Source: a virus
Taxonomy: Duplodnaviria > Caudoviricetes
Length of the DNA: 27,245 bases
IMG/VR virus record: IMGVR_UViG_3300016472_000192
Location: 1 to 27,245 of that record
Strand: one strand, 5' to 3'
A model generated the notes under the pieces. It was not told the DNA's origin. It made no database searches and saw only the letters and a program-made list of their open reading frames with translations. This document shows, piece by piece, positions 25,936 through 27,245 of this stretch. Both the position numbers and the translations under genes were made by a program. The stretch's first letter is position 1, and each line of letters starts with the position of its first letter.

Positions 25936-26423
25936 TGGCTACACCACCTCTAGTATGCGATACCATTCAATTTGAAGGAGCAATTTTTCAAAGGTGCAAT
26001 CTTCAAGTAATAAGAGGAACTACGCTCCTAAGAGAAATAAGTTTGTGCGATACAAATATAGCATTAAACAACTATTCAAGTTTTAGTGGGTGTGTCTATG
26101 GTAATTCAAGTCTTATCCTAAATGCGGAAGGATTAGGAGAATTATGTTTTATAATGATCAAAGCGACATACCCGTCGGTTTTACCAATCTCTAGCAGATT
26201 TATAAATATATTATACAACGGTGCATATATGCCGATGTCTAATCTTACTATTTTAACGGGTAATCCATCGGATATATCACCGTATATGAATAATAGGGGA
26301 TGGGATTTAGATCCTAATGGCAGCGACATAGAATCTCCTTTTTTTGTTCAAGGAGGGATGCTGCTATACAATCCTCACTCGGTTAGAGTAAACATTGATG
26401 TTATTTTAGGAGGTAACATCTAA
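25935..26423 (+). CDS. Hypothetical beta-rich protein, paralog 2
   Basis: TAATG coupling; colinear similarity with the preceding ORF. Confidence 0.8.
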   Translation: MATPPLVCDTIQFEGAIFQRCNLQVIRGTTLLREISLCDTNIALNNYSSFSGCVYGNSSLILNAEGLGELCFIMIKATYPSVLPISSRFINILYNGAYMPMSNLTILTGNPSDISPYMNNRGWDLDPNGSDIESPFFVQGGMLLYNPHSVRVNIDVILGGNI

Positions 26424-26449
26424 CACATATAAAAACTTTAATAAAGTAA

Positions 26450-26457
26450 GATATATA
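26450..26457 (+). promoter_or_regulatory. Putative late promoter GATATATA
   Basis: Recurrent octamer 19 nt before ATG 26477. Confidence 0.6.
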
Positions 26458-26476
26458 CTAAAAAAGCGAATAACAA

Positions 26477-27245
26477 ATGGAAAAAAATATTAATCCAGAG
26501 ATCAACAGATTAAATATGGAGACTTCTAAGAATGCCGCAGACTCCTTAAGAGAATGGGCAGGACTAGGAGCATCTAAAGCACCTGTTGCTTCTTCCTTTT
26601 TAAATGGCTCAACTGCTCAGATGATTAAAGAATCTAATAACTACGACATTTCTCCAAAAAGAAATGAAGACACACAATTTTCTTTTGGTCTAGCTGGAAC
26701 TTTGGGTGCTTTAAGAACTTCATCACTAAATGAGATTCCTGCGGGTAAGATAATGCTAGACAAATATGAGAATATACTTTTTGGTAAAGGTATATCTGAG
26801 GCTTTTGTTTTAGAGAACTTTTTAAACGATCTTAAGCCTTTCTCATGGGAAAATTCGGCATCTTCAGCTATAGGAAACTTAGAAAGAATTTTTGAAAATA
26901 GAAGAAGAGAGATTGAGGTTTTAAAAACATACGAGACTGTAAGAAATGCTCCAGGAAAAGAATTATTTTCTGATGCAACAAAACAGATGAAAAATTGGTT
27001 GGTGTCTGAAACTAAATCTACTGATTCTTTAGTACATGGCCTCAAAAGATTTGGATTCAATCCTATGGTTAGAAACTTAATTAGCTTTCTTTCAATATAT
27101 GAAAATGAGAACTCATCTAAATTCCATGTAGGATTCGATAATAATGTATGTGAAATAAGCAACATTTATTCACCAATTCATGTAGACGAGAACAATACTA
27201 TTTTCTATTCATCTGGTAAGTTTTTAAATCTTAATCAAGAAACAG
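26477..27245 (+). CDS. Hypothetical late protein, 3'-truncated (absent from the ORF track)
   Basis: ATG GAA AAA AAT ATT... (MEKNINPEINRLNMETSKNAADSLREWAGLG...) is open for about 256 codons to the window end (...GKFLNLNQET). Confidence 0.85.
   Translation, partial: MEKNINPEINRLNMETSKNAADSLREWAGLGASKAPVASSFLNGSTAQMIKESNNYDISPKRNEDTQFSFGLAGTLGALRTSSLNEIPAGKIMLDKYENILFGKGISEAFVLENFLNDLKPFSWENSASSAIGNLERIFENRRREIEVLKTYETVRNAPGKELFSDATKQMKNWLVSETKSTDSLVHGLKRFGFNPMVRNLISFLSIYENENSSKFHVGFDNNVCEISNIYSPIHVDENNTIFYSSGKFLNLNQET

Noticed and set aside
26641-27165. 174-aa minus-strand ORF
   Set aside because: Shadow of the + strand ORF starting at 26477, which has a promoter motif and typical codon usage.
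1-27245. Stop-codon reassignment (code 15 or 4) as in some large phages
   Set aside because: Conserved genes are full length under code 11, and both TAG and TGA end genes directly before new starts or promoters.
1-27245. tRNA, rRNA or other recognisable ncRNA genes
   Set aside because: Intergenic gaps are short and AT-rich; no cloverleaf or T-arm motif was seen by eye.

Overview
AT-rich segment of a large T4-like (myovirus) bacteriophage genome, standard genetic code, almost entirely + strand. It contains a replication/recombination block (gp41/DnaB-like helicase, possible gp33-like late coactivator, gp47/gp46 Mre11-Rad50-type nuclease). A morphogenesis block follows: gp15-like tail terminator, enlarged gp14-like neck protein, small and large terminase, a 1133-aa tail sheath, two tandem tail-tube paralogs, gp26-like and gp51-like proteins, and a gp29/tape-measure-like protein. 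Next come a probable early operon (dCMP deaminase, ECF-type sigma factor), a PD-(D/E)xK exonuclease, a membrane protein with two paralogous proteins, and an ORF running off the right end. A TAnnTTTG promoter and SD-less A-rich leaders suggest a Bacteroidota host (inference). Most notable observations: (1) a start-less gp51-like frame reachable from the gp26-like gene by a fully cognate tandem -2 slip (CT-CTT-TTC) or a prfB-like CTT-TGA +1 shift; (2) an antisense mobile nuclease fused to a probable Mom-like GNAT domain, inserted between sheath and tube genes; (3) a recurring GATATATA putative late promoter; (4) identical DNA patches between diverged tube paralogs. All product calls come from motif recognition by eye, not database searches.
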